A model generated the notes under the pieces. The model was not told the DNA's origin and did not search any database. It was given only the letters and a program-made list of their open reading frames with translations. Of a stretch of 64,000 bases of DNA, positions 10,305-21,084 are shown piece by piece (positions within the stretch are counted from its first letter, which is position 1; every line of letters begins with the position of its first letter). The translations under genes and the position numbers were made by a program. The stretch comes from an uncultured Bacteroidales bacterium (GTDB lineage: Bacteria > Bacteroidota > Bacteroidia > Bacteroidales > Bacteroidaceae): contig CADBWR010000005.1 of the NCBI GenBank assembly GCA_902798425.1, positions 12,579-76,578 of the forward strand. Reading direction: 5' to 3'.

Positions 10305-10652
10305 TTAATTTAATAAGGTGTTAGCTAAGAAGCGTACCAATGGTTGCTCAATCCACTTCTTTCGGAACATACAGACAAGAGCGAGTAGTCCGACAAAAAG
10401 CAAAGCAACCAATAGGAAAGCCAGTGCTAAACCTGTAATTGGTGCTATCCAGTAGACAAGTGCGAACGTCAGGAAAAACAGTACGGCAAAGCCAAGGATA
10501 ACAAAGACAATGGCAACAGTAAGAGCTGTCACCAAACGTACTACTTTCTCAATAGCGTTGAGCTCCAGATATTCCTTCTGGAGTCCAACGTACGCTTTAA
10601 GCGCCTCGACGAGTTGTCCTATCGACTCTACGTTCTTGTCGCTTGATAACAT
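10305..10652 (-). CDS. phage-holin-X-like small membrane protein
   Basis: Two long TM helices after an amphipathic N-terminus. Commonly paired with YtxH proteins. Confidence 0.6.
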   Translation of the reverse strand: MLSSDKNVESIGQLVEALKAYVGLQKEYLELNAIEKVVRLVTALTVAIVFVILGFAVLFFLTFALVYWIAPITGLALAFLLVALLFVGLLALVCMFRKKWIEQPLVRFLANTLLN

Positions 10653-10679
10653 AAAGATTAACGTTCTACGTTCAACGTA

Positions 10680-10892
10680 TTATGCTTCGGGGGCTACTTC
10701 CTCGATATCGTCCACCAAATCGTTCACATCCTTACGGCTGAGCTTGATGTTGTGTTTCTTGAGGAAATCTTCTACAGCATCTGTAATTTTTACACGAGTG
10801 TCAGCACCCTTCTCAGGAGCAACTAGTAAACCGATAACAGCGCCAGCGACTGCACCGCCAAGGAAAGCGCCTAAAAAACCTAAACTTCTCAT
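10680..10892 (-). CDS. YtxH domain protein
   Basis: GFLGAFLGGAVAGAVIGLLVAPEKGADTR is the YtxH signature. Confidence 0.75.
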   Translation of the reverse strand: MRSLGFLGAFLGGAVAGAVIGLLVAPEKGADTRVKITDAVEDFLKKHNIKLSRKDVNDLVDDIEEVAPEA

Positions 10893-11059
10893 AATATTCT
10901 ATTTTTTTAATGTAAAACATCAATTCTGCTGGCAAATATACGGAAAGTTTTCGAAATTAACAAACTTTATGCAGCATTTTTCGTCAGATTTGCGCAATAT
11001 TTTGTAATTTCGCCAAAAATTCAAGAGAATATACATCTTTATTATAACATAGACAAAGA

Positions 11060-11587
11060 ATGAAAAAGTACACTATTTTATGCGCAGGTCTTTGCGCCGC
11101 CCTGGTTTTTACGGGTTGTAAGTCAAGTGAGAGTGCCTACAAACAGGCTTATTTGAAAGCTAAGCAGCAAGAAGAACTGCAGCAGAAGCAGGAGGCAGAG
11201 GCTCAAGCAGCAGCTGCTCAGCAGGCTCAAGAGCAGGAGACCGCTGTTGTTGCTCCTCTGCAGGAGAAACCCGTTACCGAGACACAGGTAGTTGATAATG
11301 CCGACAATGTTCCCGTTCGTCAGGAGGCCGTTTCTGTTGTCGCAGGTACTGGTCTGAAGAACTTCAGCGTTGTTGTTGGTTCGTTCTCTCTGAAGGCTAA
11401 CGCTGAGGGTTTGCAGCAGACCTTGAATGCACAAGGTTATAGCGCACAGGTTGTTGTCAACAATCAGGTTTCTCCCGCTATGTATCGTGTCGTAGCAACT
11501 ACTTTCGACAGCAAGGGTGAGGCTGCTGCCAGCCGTAACGCTCTGCAGGAGAAGTACCCCGGTGCTTGGCTGCTGTACGCTAAATAA
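11060..11587 (+). CDS. SPOR-domain lipoprotein
   Basis: Lipobox LVFTGC, Q/A/E-rich linker, C-terminal SPOR-like FSVVVGSF...YRVVATTF. Confidence 0.75.
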   Translation: MKKYTILCAGLCAALVFTGCKSSESAYKQAYLKAKQQEELQQKQEAEAQAAAAQQAQEQETAVVAPLQEKPVTETQVVDNADNVPVRQEAVSVVAGTGLKNFSVVVGSFSLKANAEGLQQTLNAQGYSAQVVVNNQVSPAMYRVVATTFDSKGEAAASRNALQEKYPGAWLLYAK

Positions 11588-11596
11588 ATTTCTATC

Positions 11597-12013
11597 GTGG
11601 CACGCATCCTTTCTATTGACTACGGAAAGAAGCGTACGGGAATAGCAGTTACCGACCCATTACAGCTGATAGCTGGCGGGTTGGCAACTGTTTCTACGTC
11701 AGAGCTATTCCAGTTCCTTACGCAATATATTGCCAAGGAACCCGTTGAGCGTATTGTCATTGGAGAACCGCGTCAGCCCAATGGTCAGCCCAGCGAGAAT
11801 TTGGAGCGCGTGCAAGAGTTCGTCAATCGTTGGCGCAAGGCTCGCCCCGATATTCCTATAGACTTTTTTGACGAGCGCTTCACCTCGGTATTGGCTCATC
11901 AGGCTATGCTGGACGGGGGACTGAAGAAGAAAGCCCGCCAGGACAAGGCGCTGGTTGACGAGATTAGTGCTACGATTATTCTCGAGGACTATATGCGCTC
12001 CCGTAAATTGTAA
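11597..12013 (+). CDS. ruvX: Holliday junction resolvase-like RuvX (YqgF)
   Basis: ILSIDYGKKRTGIAVTD signature. GTG start. Confidence 0.9.
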   Translation: MARILSIDYGKKRTGIAVTDPLQLIAGGLATVSTSELFQFLTQYIAKEPVERIVIGEPRQPNGQPSENLERVQEFVNRWRKARPDIPIDFFDERFTSVLAHQAMLDGGLKKKARQDKALVDEISATIILEDYMRSRKL

Positions 12014-12045
12014 ATTGTCAAATAGTAAAATAGTCAAATAGCAAG

Positions 12046-12609
12046 ATGGTTTTACCTATTTATATATTAGGACAGCCCGTATTACGAAAAGTGGCTGAAG
12101 ATATTCCTACCGACTACCCCGATCTGGATCAGTTCTTGAAAGATATGTGGGACACACTGGCTGAGAGTGAAGGCATCGGATTGGCAGCCCCCCAGGTGGG
12201 TAGGTCTATCCGTGTAGTTGTTATAGATCTTGATGTACTCAGCGACGATATGCCAGAATACAAGGACTTCCGCCATGTATATATCAATCCCCATATCGTA
12301 GAGTATGACGATAGCGAGACAGATTCTTTAGAGGAAGGTTGTCTCTCGCTCCCCGCCATTCATGAGAAAGTGACGCGTCCCAAGCGCATCCATGTACAGT
12401 GGCTCGATGAGAAGATGCAGCCCCACGACGAATGGGTGGAAGGCTATCTGGCACGTGTCATGCAGCACGAGTTCGACCACTTGGAAGGTAAGGTCTTTAC
12501 TGATCGTGTATCCCCACTTCGTAAACAACTGATCAAGAGCAAATTGAAAGCACTTCTTCAGGGTCGTTATCGCTGTGGTTACAAGACAAAGGCAGCTCCT
12601 AAAAAGTGA
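12046..12609 (+). CDS. def: peptide deformylase
   Basis: GIGLAAPQVG, EGCLSLP, HEFDHLEG motifs. Confidence 0.95.
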   Translation: MVLPIYILGQPVLRKVAEDIPTDYPDLDQFLKDMWDTLAESEGIGLAAPQVGRSIRVVVIDLDVLSDDMPEYKDFRHVYINPHIVEYDDSETDSLEEGCLSLPAIHEKVTRPKRIHVQWLDEKMQPHDEWVEGYLARVMQHEFDHLEGKVFTDRVSPLRKQLIKSKLKALLQGRYRCGYKTKAAPKK

Positions 12610-14627
12610 GGATTTATAAGAAGATAGTAGATAACCGTATGGCGGTAGAAGATAGAGGACATTTCTTTTGTCTTTTATCTTCTTTTCTGTTCTTTTGTCT
12701 CCTTCTTTCTCCTTTAAAGGTTTTCTCGCAGTACAATACCGACCGGTTGTTAATGATGGGACGTTCGGCACTCTATTATGAGGATTATGTTCTTTCCATC
12801 CAGTATTTCAACCAAGCGCTTTCTGCCAAGCCTTATCTTTTTGAGCCATGGTATTACAGAGCCGTTGCCAAGTATTATCTCGATGATTATGCTGGTGCAG
12901 AGAAAGACTGCTCAGAGGCTATTCGCCGTAATCCTTATGTAGTGGGAACCTATGAGCTGCGCGGTCTCTGTCGCATCCAACAGAAAGACTATGCATCGGC
13001 CATTAGCGACTACAACACTGCCCTGCGCTACGATCCTGAGAGTATGAATCTTTGGCACAATCGTGCACTCTGCCGCATCCAACAGAAAGACTACGATCAG
13101 GCAAAGGCTGAGATAGATACCATGGCTCAGCGCTGGAGCACCAATGCCCGCATCTATGCCATGCAGTCTGAGGTGTATCTGTTGCAAAAGGATACCACCA
13201 GTTCTATCTCATCTCTTGAGAAGAGTCTTGAGCTTGATGCCTATAATGGTAATACATGGGCTATGCGATCTATCATCAGTCTTGCCCGTGAAGAGTGGAA
13301 AGATGCCGAAGGATATCTTGACAAGGCGATTCACTTATTGCCTAAACAGGGAGGACTATACATCAACCGCGCCATGGCACGCTTTAACCAGAACAATCTG
13401 CGTGGTGCTATGGCCGACTATGATATGGTTCTTGACTTTGAACCCAACAACTTTCTAGGTCACTACAACCGTGGTCTGCTGAGAGCGCAAGTGGGCGACG
13501 ACAATCGGGCCATTCTCGACTTTGACTTTGTCTTGAAACTGGAACCCGACAATTTGATGGCCCTCTACAACCGTGCCCTGTTGTTGGAGAAAACAGGAAA
13601 TCCCAGAGCTGCCATTAGCGATTATTCGAAGGTAATCGACCAGTATCCTAATTTCTGGACGGGTCTCCACCAGCGCGCCCAGTGCTATCGCAGTCTTGGT
13701 ATGACTAAGCAGGCAGAGCAAGACGAGTTCCGCATTCTGAAGGCTCAGATCAACAAGCGTTTTGGCAAACAGCCACGACTATCGAAAGATCATATGCGTA
13801 AGCGCAGCGATGAGGATATCGAGAAGTATAACCAGTTGGCTGTTGCTGATGAGCAGGAGATGGAACACGAATACCAGAGTGACTACCGTGGGCGTGTTCA
13901 AAACCGCAAGGTAGGTATGGACTATATGCCGATGTATGTACTCTCTACCGAACAGTATCAGAATGCTGTCAAGAGCTATGTGGCTTACGACCGTCAGGTG
14001 GAAGCAGTCAACCATCAGTTGCCTGCAACCTATCAGTTACACATCTTGTGCAACCAGAACACACTTAGCGAGGCTGCTACAAAGCGCTATTTCAATCGCT
14101 TGGAAGAGTTGTCGCGCCAGTTGGCTGATATCAAGAGAGAGGTTGACCTGTTGCCCTTGCTCCTTCAGCGTGCTGTGGCCTATAGTGTCATTCAGAATTA
14201 CGATGGAGCCATCGATGACTTGACAACATACATTCAGATAGACTCTTTGTCTGCTGTTGCTTATTGGCAACGTGCCGTTTGCCAGTCGCGACTCAACGAG
14301 TTTAACGCCTCTCAAGGAACCGATGTGAAACTTCAGACAGCCCGCGTGTTGGCAGACCTTTCCGATGCTATTCGTCTGAATGCATCGTGTGCCTATCTGT
14401 ACTACAATCGCGGCAATGTCTATGTGCAGCGCCACGACTACCAACATGCAGTCGAAGACTATACCCATGCCATTGAGTTAGATGCTCATCTTGCTGAAGC
14501 CTATTACAACCGTGGTCTGGCACGACTGGCTCTCAAGCAGCAAGCAGAAGGCGTTTCCGACCTCTCTAAGGCTGGTGAGTTAGGACTCTATCAGGCTTAC
14601 AGCATCATCAAGCACTCCCGAAAATAG
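12606..14627 (+). CDS. TPR-repeat protein
   Basis: Many 34-aa repeats (AxxDYxxAIxLxP, YxNRG). Hydrophobic N-terminal segment. Start uncertain (GTG 12606 or ATG 12639). Confidence 0.8.
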   Translation: MRIYKKIVDNRMAVEDRGHFFCLLSSFLFFCLLLSPLKVFSQYNTDRLLMMGRSALYYEDYVLSIQYFNQALSAKPYLFEPWYYRAVAKYYLDDYAGAEKDCSEAIRRNPYVVGTYELRGLCRIQQKDYASAISDYNTALRYDPESMNLWHNRALCRIQQKDYDQAKAEIDTMAQRWSTNARIYAMQSEVYLLQKDTTSSISSLEKSLELDAYNGNTWAMRSIISLAREEWKDAEGYLDKAIHLLPKQGGLYINRAMARFNQNNLRGAMADYDMVLDFEPNNFLGHYNRGLLRAQVGDDNRAILDFDFVLKLEPDNLMALYNRALLLEKTGNPRAAISDYSKVIDQYPNFWTGLHQRAQCYRSLGMTKQAEQDEFRILKAQINKRFGKQPRLSKDHMRKRSDEDIEKYNQLAVADEQEMEHEYQSDYRGRVQNRKVGMDYMPMYVLSTEQYQNAVKSYVAYDRQVEAVNHQLPATYQLHILCNQNTLSEAATKRYFNRLEELSRQLADIKREVDLLPLLLQRAVAYSVIQNYDGAIDDLTTYIQIDSLSAVAYWQRAVCQSRLNEFNASQGTDVKLQTARVLADLSDAIRLNASCAYLYYNRGNVYVQRHDYQHAVEDYTHAIELDAHLAEAYYNRGLARLALKQQAEGVSDLSKAGELGLYQAYSIIKHSRK

Positions 14628-14631
14628 CCGG

Positions 14632-15438
14632 CTATACCTTGAGTCGCACATAGCTGCGATCGTCAAAGGAGTTGAAGTCCGGATGGAATGCTTTTGTCGC
14701 TTGGAATTCACCAATGTTCAGCGGGTCTTTTTCGCGTTGCTTGCTAAGCATTTCTTCACTCTCCTGCAGCGTAGGGCAAAGCACAGGATAGCCATCGCTT
14801 GCCAAAACGATTTCCCAAGGGCGGAAGTCGAGGGGAATGATGCGAACATGCAATCTGTCAATGGGGAAACCATCAATAACGCTATAGGTGATATTTTGCT
14901 GTTGCATGGTCTCCAGCATCCGTGGAATGATAGTAGGACGGGCAATGTCGTTCTGTAGCAATTCTTCTTGTGTCATGCCCGTGGCCAGTAGTCTTTTCAC
15001 TTCAGCAGCACGCATTGCTGCCAACTCAGCCTCGGCAGGTTTCGGGTTGTCATACAACTCTCCATTAATCAGACATTGGCAGTCGCCCACCATCCATATC
15101 TCCCGATTCAGCCGACTATAAACGACAGCCGAACACGTCAGACGGTCTTCCGGATGTGCTGCCAGTCGTGGCATCATCGATTTCTTGTAGTGCTTGCGGA
15201 CGTATGCCGTAACCCCACGAAAGAACGCTTCGCTGTTTGTTGTCTTAGGCATCTTTTGAATATAACGTGACACCAGCAGCATAGCGTAGCGGCCATTGCT
15301 GTAGAACCAACTGTGACGATACTGGCTCTTCGATGTGCTGCCGTCAATGACAGCAACGAAGTTATCGTTTACGACTATTCCGTCCTCGCTTTTCTTCTTG
15401 GGGTTCTTGGCGATGATGCTCTTTTCTATTATCTGCAT
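14632..15438 (-). CDS. hypothetical protein, possibly PP2C-like
   Basis: VAVIDGSTSKS, MVGDCQ and LASDGYP resemble PP2C metal-binding motifs. Start taken at MQIIEKS. Confidence 0.5.
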   Translation of the reverse strand: MQIIEKSIIAKNPKKKSEDGIVVNDNFVAVIDGSTSKSQYRHSWFYSNGRYAMLLVSRYIQKMPKTTNSEAFFRGVTAYVRKHYKKSMMPRLAAHPEDRLTCSAVVYSRLNREIWMVGDCQCLINGELYDNPKPAEAELAAMRAAEVKRLLATGMTQEELLQNDIARPTIIPRMLETMQQQNITYSVIDGFPIDRLHVRIIPLDFRPWEIVLASDGYPVLCPTLQESEEMLSKQREKDPLNIGEFQATKAFHPDFNSFDDRSYVRLKV

Positions 15439-17275
15439 GCGGTTTCTTGTAATGTGGACAAAGTTGCTGGATGAGGTCAGCACGCCCTATACGACGTAGA
15501 CTTTGTTCTATGCCGCGACATTCCTCGGGCTTATACCAGAAGAAATACTGCCGCTGGGCCAGTTTGTCGCGCTGTGTCTTGGCACTCTTCACGGGTTCCA
15601 GGGTGTAGGGGTCGTAGCCCGTATACCATGTCTCCGTAGATACCGTCATAGGAGTGGGGGTGAAGTCCTGTACCTGCTCCAGTTGAAAATCAAGCTGTTT
15701 TGTTTTGACAGCAAGTTCAGCCATATCCGCTTCTGTACAACCAGGATGGCTGGATATGAAGTAAGGAATGAGTTGCTGATTCAGATGCTCCTCACGATTA
15801 ATCCTGTCGAAGATGCGCTTGAAGTCGTAGAACTGCTGGAACGACGGCTTACGCATCAGGTGGAGCACCTTGTCGCTGGTATGTTCGGGAGCCACCTTCA
15901 GTCTGCCACTGACGTGTCGCGTAATCAACTCTCGGGTATAATCCATGGCAGCCTTGTTAGCTGCCTCATCCTTGCTCTTGTATAACAACAGGTCATAGCG
16001 TACACCGCTGCCAATGAAACTCTTCTTGATTTCCGGCAGGGCGTCGACAGCATGGTAGACCTCTAACAGTTTGCTGTGGTTGGTGTCCAGGTTGGGACAT
16101 ATCTGGGGTTGAATGCACGAGGGCCTTTTACACTTCTCACAGGCTTTGATGTTGCGTCCATGCATGCCATACATGTTTGCACTGGGACCTCCCAAATCGC
16201 TCAGATAGCCTTTGAAGCCATCCATCTGAACAACCTGTTTCACCTCTTTTAATATACTCTCCTTCGAACGACAGGTGATGAACTTACCCTGATGGGCGGA
16301 AATGGTGCAGAAAGCACAACCACCAAAACATCCTCGGTGAATGTTCACGGAGAACTTAATCATTTCGTAGGCAGGAATACGCTTCCCTTTGTATTTCGGA
16401 TGGGGCAGCCGGGTATACGGCAAGTCAAAAGAAGCATCCAACTCTTCTGTCGTCATGGGAGGATAGGGGGGATTGACCACCACATATTTCCCATCCACAC
16501 CTTGTATCAGTCGTTGGGCGTGCATCATATTCGACTGTTCCTCCACATTCCTGAAATTCTCGGCCTGGGCGCGCTTGTCGCGCAAGCATTCCTCGTGACT
16601 GTGCAGCACGATGTCTTGCTCTGTTATTCCTCCGGGGATATCCTCCTTACGCGACAGGTAAACAGTTTGCGGCACATCCCGAATGTCACTGATTTTCTCA
16701 CCGTCGCTTAGTCTGCGCGCCATCACTATGGTTGTTTTTTCGCCCATGCCATAGGTAATCATATCCGCTCCAGAGTCGCAGAGTATGCACTTCTTGAGTG
16801 CATCTTGCCAGTAATCATAGTGGGTCACCCTGCGTAACGAAGCCTCAATACCTCCCAGCAATACGGGGACGTCGGGATATAGTTCCTTTAATATCTTTGT
16901 ATATACGATAGTAGGATATTCCGGACGTAAGTCATGACGACCGTCAGGACTGTATGCATCTTCTGAGCGCAGTCTGCGGTTGGCAGTATATTTGTTGACC
17001 ATTGAGTCCATGCAGCCAGGAGCCACGCCAAAGAACAGACGGGGCCTTCCTAACTTCTTAAAGTCTCTATAGTCGCCGTGCCAGTCGGGTTGAGGAACGA
17101 TAGCCACACGAAATCCTGCTGCCTCCAGTGTTCGTCCAATAACGGCAGCGCCGAATGAAGGGTGGTCTATGTACGCATCAGCTGAGAAGAGAATGACGTC
17201 CACATAGTCCCATCCTCTCAGTTCCAACTCCTTTTTGTTCGTTGGCAAAAAGTCGGTAAGTCTATACTCTTTCAA
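15362..17275 (-). CDS. ygiQ: YgiQ-family radical SAM protein (UPF0313)
   Basis: FLPTNKKELELRGWDYVDVILFSADAYIDHPSFG N-terminus, CFGGCAFC radical-SAM cluster, basic C-terminal tail. Start uncertain: TTG at 17275 avoids overlap with 17280..17600, and the ATG ORF extends to 17356. Confidence 0.88.
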   Translation of the reverse strand: MKEYRLTDFLPTNKKELELRGWDYVDVILFSADAYIDHPSFGAAVIGRTLEAAGFRVAIVPQPDWHGDYRDFKKLGRPRLFFGVAPGCMDSMVNKYTANRRLRSEDAYSPDGRHDLRPEYPTIVYTKILKELYPDVPVLLGGIEASLRRVTHYDYWQDALKKCILCDSGADMITYGMGEKTTIVMARRLSDGEKISDIRDVPQTVYLSRKEDIPGGITEQDIVLHSHEECLRDKRAQAENFRNVEEQSNMMHAQRLIQGVDGKYVVVNPPYPPMTTEELDASFDLPYTRLPHPKYKGKRIPAYEMIKFSVNIHRGCFGGCAFCTISAHQGKFITCRSKESILKEVKQVVQMDGFKGYLSDLGGPSANMYGMHGRNIKACEKCKRPSCIQPQICPNLDTNHSKLLEVYHAVDALPEIKKSFIGSGVRYDLLLYKSKDEAANKAAMDYTRELITRHVSGRLKVAPEHTSDKVLHLMRKPSFQQFYDFKRIFDRINREEHLNQQLIPYFISSHPGCTEADMAELAVKTKQLDFQLEQVQDFTPTPMTVSTETWYTGYDPYTLEPVKSAKTQRDKLAQRQYFFWYKPEECRGIEQSLRRIGRADLIQQLCPHYKKPHADNRKEHHRQEPQEEKRGRNSRKR

Positions 17276-17279
17276 ATGA

Positions 17280-17600
17280 TTAATCTTCAATGATGGTCTC
17301 TTCGCTGCTGCGATTCTTCCAATTAATGAAAAGCAGTACCAACTGCTGCAGTCCAAAGGCTTTCATGTTGCTGTGATAGATAACGTCCAGGCAGAGGTCC
17401 AGCAGTCGTTTGTCTCTGCCACCCTCTGATTCCAACAGAGAGCGGATGTTCAACTTCAATTTGTCCAGTACCTGTTCGTCAACATAGCCGTTAGAGTCTA
17501 TGAGATCACGGAAAAAATGGTAGTCTTCGATGGTCTGAAGATGTTCTTCAGTGACGTCAATACTACGTGTACCACTGGGGTTAGTCTGAATCTTATACAT
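17280..17600 (-). CDS. hypothetical small protein
   Basis: 106-aa ORF that fills the gap between two minus-strand genes. No recognisable motif. Confidence 0.5.
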   Translation of the reverse strand: MYKIQTNPSGTRSIDVTEEHLQTIEDYHFFRDLIDSNGYVDEQVLDKLKLNIRSLLESEGGRDKRLLDLCLDVIYHSNMKAFGLQQLVLLFINWKNRSSEETIIED

Positions 17601-17618
17601 AATGAATGCTATTATAGT

Positions 17619-20501
17619 TTATTTTAAAAGGAAGTTCATGATTCCACGCATGATGGTGGCCTGTTTCTGCTCGCCCTTGATGCACTCAAAGGGGAACCCC
17701 ATGACAAAGAGCTTGCTGCTGCCTTGGTAGGCTACTGCTGCGCCATAGCCGTCAGTATACTGCATAGCGGTATAGGCGGGTTTGACAGGTTGCAGGATGT
17801 CTGTTGATGTGGCAGCATAGTGCTCTTCGTTCAGCGCTTTCCAGTATGCCATCTCTGTGCCCAGACCCTTCACCATACCGTCTGTCGTCTGTGAGCGTCC
17901 GCCCCAACTGCTCTTCAGCGTTGTCTTTAGAAATTGGCGCTCCTCAGCACTGCTCATGTCTGTACCGATGTAGGCTCCGCTGACCAGCATGGCGCCACTG
18001 TGGTTGGCATAGCGTTCCAGCGCTTTCTGCATCGCTGTCGAGAACGTCTTGTACTCTTTTACGCTGTGTCCGTCGTTGCGCTCCAGACCCAGTAGCAAGT
18101 CAACAGCATCATAGTCTGTCAGGTTTACCTCGCCCTTTTCCACGGCCTCGCTGCTGCAGCTGACGATGTTGTATCGTTTTGCTGTCGCTATGGCCTGTGC
18201 GTGTGTGGTGACATAATTGAAATCGTTACCTGCAATCAGCATGCCGGCCAGTTCGTCGCCTGTAGAGCCCAGTCCGCCGTTCTCGATGCCCATCTCTGCA
18301 CGACTGTAGTTCACCTGTCTGCCCGACCATCCGAATGTTGGTCCGTAGGTTACTCCCGGGTCTTCATTCAAGTCGAAGCCTTGCTCACTCTCGGTGTTGC
18401 GGATGGCAGGAGATGATAGCCGGTGGAATCCGTTGACAATCAGTACGGTCTTTGTCGCTTTAGGTTCATAGCAGGCTGACAGCACCTCTGTTGTGAAACT
18501 CTCGCCACCCCGGTTGACGGCTGCCACCTTAAAGTGATACACCAGTCCAGGTTCCATCTCTACTTCGTGTTCCGTCTTGGAGCGCACATAGATGCCATTG
18601 TCAAAGTCCGCCTTGCCTACAGCCGTATAGACGATGTATCCAGTAGGCTTTGCAGTAGCCTCCTGCGGGTCGTTGACAGCCTCCCAGTTCAGTCGGGCTA
18701 CGTTGCCTTTCAATGCAATGCGGAAATGGTTTGGCGCCAGCGGACTGACGATGAACGGCCGTCCGTGTTGGTCGTTGACATAGCGGAGGATGGTCTTATA
18801 GATTGACCGCGCCAGGGTGAAACGGAAATTAGGGTCTTGTCCGTAACGCATGTCCGGGAAGTTCTGGTGCGACATCGTTTCCAGAATGGCGCTGGGTACC
18901 TCCGGCAATCGCGTCTCCGAATAGTTACGGTCGAAGAGTTCCCTGCGGTGCCACTGTCCATATTTGTATTTCAAGTCCAGCGTCTGGTTGGACAGCAATG
19001 CATCGGCAAAGTCGCGCGATGCCATGCGTGAGATACCTGCGTTTAGTTTGCCGTTATTAAACTTGGTGGTACAGATAGACAACGAACCAATCAGTCCTTG
19101 GCCGTCCTTTGCATAGCCGGCATCACTATGTATCGCTAAGGCCAATTCAATAGGTACACCACGTCCTGCGAGGGTAGGCATATAGCATGAACCGCCACCT
19201 AGCAGATTGGTCATCATGGACCGCACGTTAATATCGTCAGCGTAGTCGTTGGTCCCTTCTCTGCCACTATATATCTGATAGGGCATCCCCGCCCACTGCG
19301 CCCAGTAGCGGGCACCTTCCAGGGCTCGTGGCATCTTGCTGGTTTCTCCGTCGCGCTCAATATTACCCATGCCACCGCCAAAACGCACGGCATCGGTAGT
19401 CACAATGCCTTTCTCATCGCTCTGGTTGGAGATGGTGACACGGTTGAACTCACTATACCCCGCATCAAAGTCGAAAGTGCCTAAGTACACCCACGTACCG
19501 CCACCCATCTGCTGGTTGACGCGAAATTGCGTGCGCTCGCCCTTGTGCCATACCGTATAGAGTGCGTCTTTGACGCTATTCTCAAAAGTCTGGTAACTTA
19601 CGTAGACAGCATATCGGCCAGCCTTCTGGAAACGGGGCTGATAGGTTGCCAAGCTGTATTTAGACTTGCTGGTGGTCGTTTTCACCATACGGGCAGAACC
19701 AGCGATAAAAGGGTTCTCGCCATCGGTATAGGTTCCTGTATGGTAGGCAAAGCCAGGCTCTGCCGTTGTGCGCCACTTATCGCCTTTGGTAGCTTCTATG
19801 TAGTAGCTCTTGGAACCATCGTTGTCGACAATGACTTCCTCCTTCTGCCAGTCACGCTCACGAGGTGTAAAGACAATGGCGCCAGCCTTCTCCAGCATAG
19901 GGATGAGGTAGGGCACCACAATGGTTTGTGTGTACAGGTCTTCTGTCGTTCCGAAGAGTTTGGGACGCTGCCAGCGCCAATAGCCCTTTGCCACGTCGTA
20001 GAACCTGCCGTGACTGGCCCATAGTGACAGATGTCTGTTCTGTAGTCCGTGTGTCACCTTGAAGGGTGCCGAGATGTTCTTCACCCATGGCTCACCGTCG
20101 TAGTCTATGTCGCCCCACAGTCGCGACTTATCGGCATTCTGCGACAGGCGGTTGGGAATCAACTCGTCTATGCGCATGCCGTTCGTCTCTACCGTAATCT
20201 GATAGTCTCTGAAGGGTTTGGGCAGTTCACCTTTTATTTTTTTATATATATGCTCCGTAATCTCAGGGGTAAACTCCTGGCAGGCGAAGAACTCGTCAGC
20301 AGTGATGACCAGCGTCTTCGCCTGGTGGTTCAACTGATATCCCAACATGCGGGGTTGCTGCGTCAGTCGTGTACCCTTAGGCTTGTATTTCGCAAAATAT
20401 GTGTTTAGTCGTTCTGCCAGTTTTGCCTCATCTTTAGCTGTCTGCGCACCAAGTGCCATAGCGGCCAGCAAGAACGTGAGGAAAAATATCAGTCGTCGCA
20501 T
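17619..20501 (-). CDS. large secreted protein with MurNAc-LAA (Amidase_3)-like core and FN3-like domain
   Basis: Signal peptide MRRLIFFLTFLLAAMALGAQ. LAIHSDAGYAKDG resembles the amidase_3 zinc site. A beta-rich FN3-like stretch follows. Function not certain. Confidence 0.75.
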   Translation of the reverse strand: MRRLIFFLTFLLAAMALGAQTAKDEAKLAERLNTYFAKYKPKGTRLTQQPRMLGYQLNHQAKTLVITADEFFACQEFTPEITEHIYKKIKGELPKPFRDYQITVETNGMRIDELIPNRLSQNADKSRLWGDIDYDGEPWVKNISAPFKVTHGLQNRHLSLWASHGRFYDVAKGYWRWQRPKLFGTTEDLYTQTIVVPYLIPMLEKAGAIVFTPRERDWQKEEVIVDNDGSKSYYIEATKGDKWRTTAEPGFAYHTGTYTDGENPFIAGSARMVKTTTSKSKYSLATYQPRFQKAGRYAVYVSYQTFENSVKDALYTVWHKGERTQFRVNQQMGGGTWVYLGTFDFDAGYSEFNRVTISNQSDEKGIVTTDAVRFGGGMGNIERDGETSKMPRALEGARYWAQWAGMPYQIYSGREGTNDYADDINVRSMMTNLLGGGSCYMPTLAGRGVPIELALAIHSDAGYAKDGQGLIGSLSICTTKFNNGKLNAGISRMASRDFADALLSNQTLDLKYKYGQWHRRELFDRNYSETRLPEVPSAILETMSHQNFPDMRYGQDPNFRFTLARSIYKTILRYVNDQHGRPFIVSPLAPNHFRIALKGNVARLNWEAVNDPQEATAKPTGYIVYTAVGKADFDNGIYVRSKTEHEVEMEPGLVYHFKVAAVNRGGESFTTEVLSACYEPKATKTVLIVNGFHRLSSPAIRNTESEQGFDLNEDPGVTYGPTFGWSGRQVNYSRAEMGIENGGLGSTGDELAGMLIAGNDFNYVTTHAQAIATAKRYNIVSCSSEAVEKGEVNLTDYDAVDLLLGLERNDGHSVKEYKTFSTAMQKALERYANHSGAMLVSGAYIGTDMSSAEERQFLKTTLKSSWGGRSQTTDGMVKGLGTEMAYWKALNEEHYAATSTDILQPVKPAYTAMQYTDGYGAAVAYQGSSKLFVMGFPFECIKGEQKQATIMRGIMNFLLK

Positions 20502-20505
20502 TACC

Positions 20506-21060
20506 TTAAATCTCTCCTATAGTAAACTTCTCAGGGTGTTTGCCCTTGAAGTCCTTAAAAAATAACTTGATGTCGCGCAGCTGACTGTCGACATCTCCAT
20601 TGGGAATGACGGTTTTCGTACATTGTATCCTGCGCTTCTCATAGTCTACGCCATAGAGTAGGATAGGGATGCCGGCCTTTTGGGCAATGAAGTAGAAGCC
20701 CTTCTTCCATTCGGGGTTCAGCGAACGTGTGCCCTCTGGTGTAACGCACAGGTGGAATATGGGTTCCTTCTTGGCAGTTTCAGCCAGATTGTCCGTCATA
20801 CTGGTGTGCTTGGAGCGCCATACGGGAATACCGCCTAATTTGCGGAAAATGGGGCCTAAAGGCCAAAAGAACCATTCCTTCTTCATCAGGAAGTTGCTCT
20901 TCATGCCTTGACTTTTGCTATACAGCTGACCTATCAGAAAATCCCAGTTGCTGGTGTGGGGCGCCAGACAGATGATGTATTTGTCTGGGTGGGGTTCACT
21001 AACCTCTGCCGTCCACCCCATACACTTGAACAGCAACCAATTGCAAAATGCTTTCATCAT
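20506..21060 (-). CDS. 1-acyl-sn-glycerol-3-phosphate acyltransferase-like protein
   Basis: APHTSNWDF (HX4D) and TPEGTRS motifs. Confidence 0.8.
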   Translation of the reverse strand: MMKAFCNWLLFKCMGWTAEVSEPHPDKYIICLAPHTSNWDFLIGQLYSKSQGMKSNFLMKKEWFFWPLGPIFRKLGGIPVWRSKHTSMTDNLAETAKKEPIFHLCVTPEGTRSLNPEWKKGFYFIAQKAGIPILLYGVDYEKRRIQCTKTVIPNGDVDSQLRDIKLFFKDFKGKHPEKFTIGEI

Positions 21061-21084
21061 AATCCTTGTTTCTCTTCCTCAGAC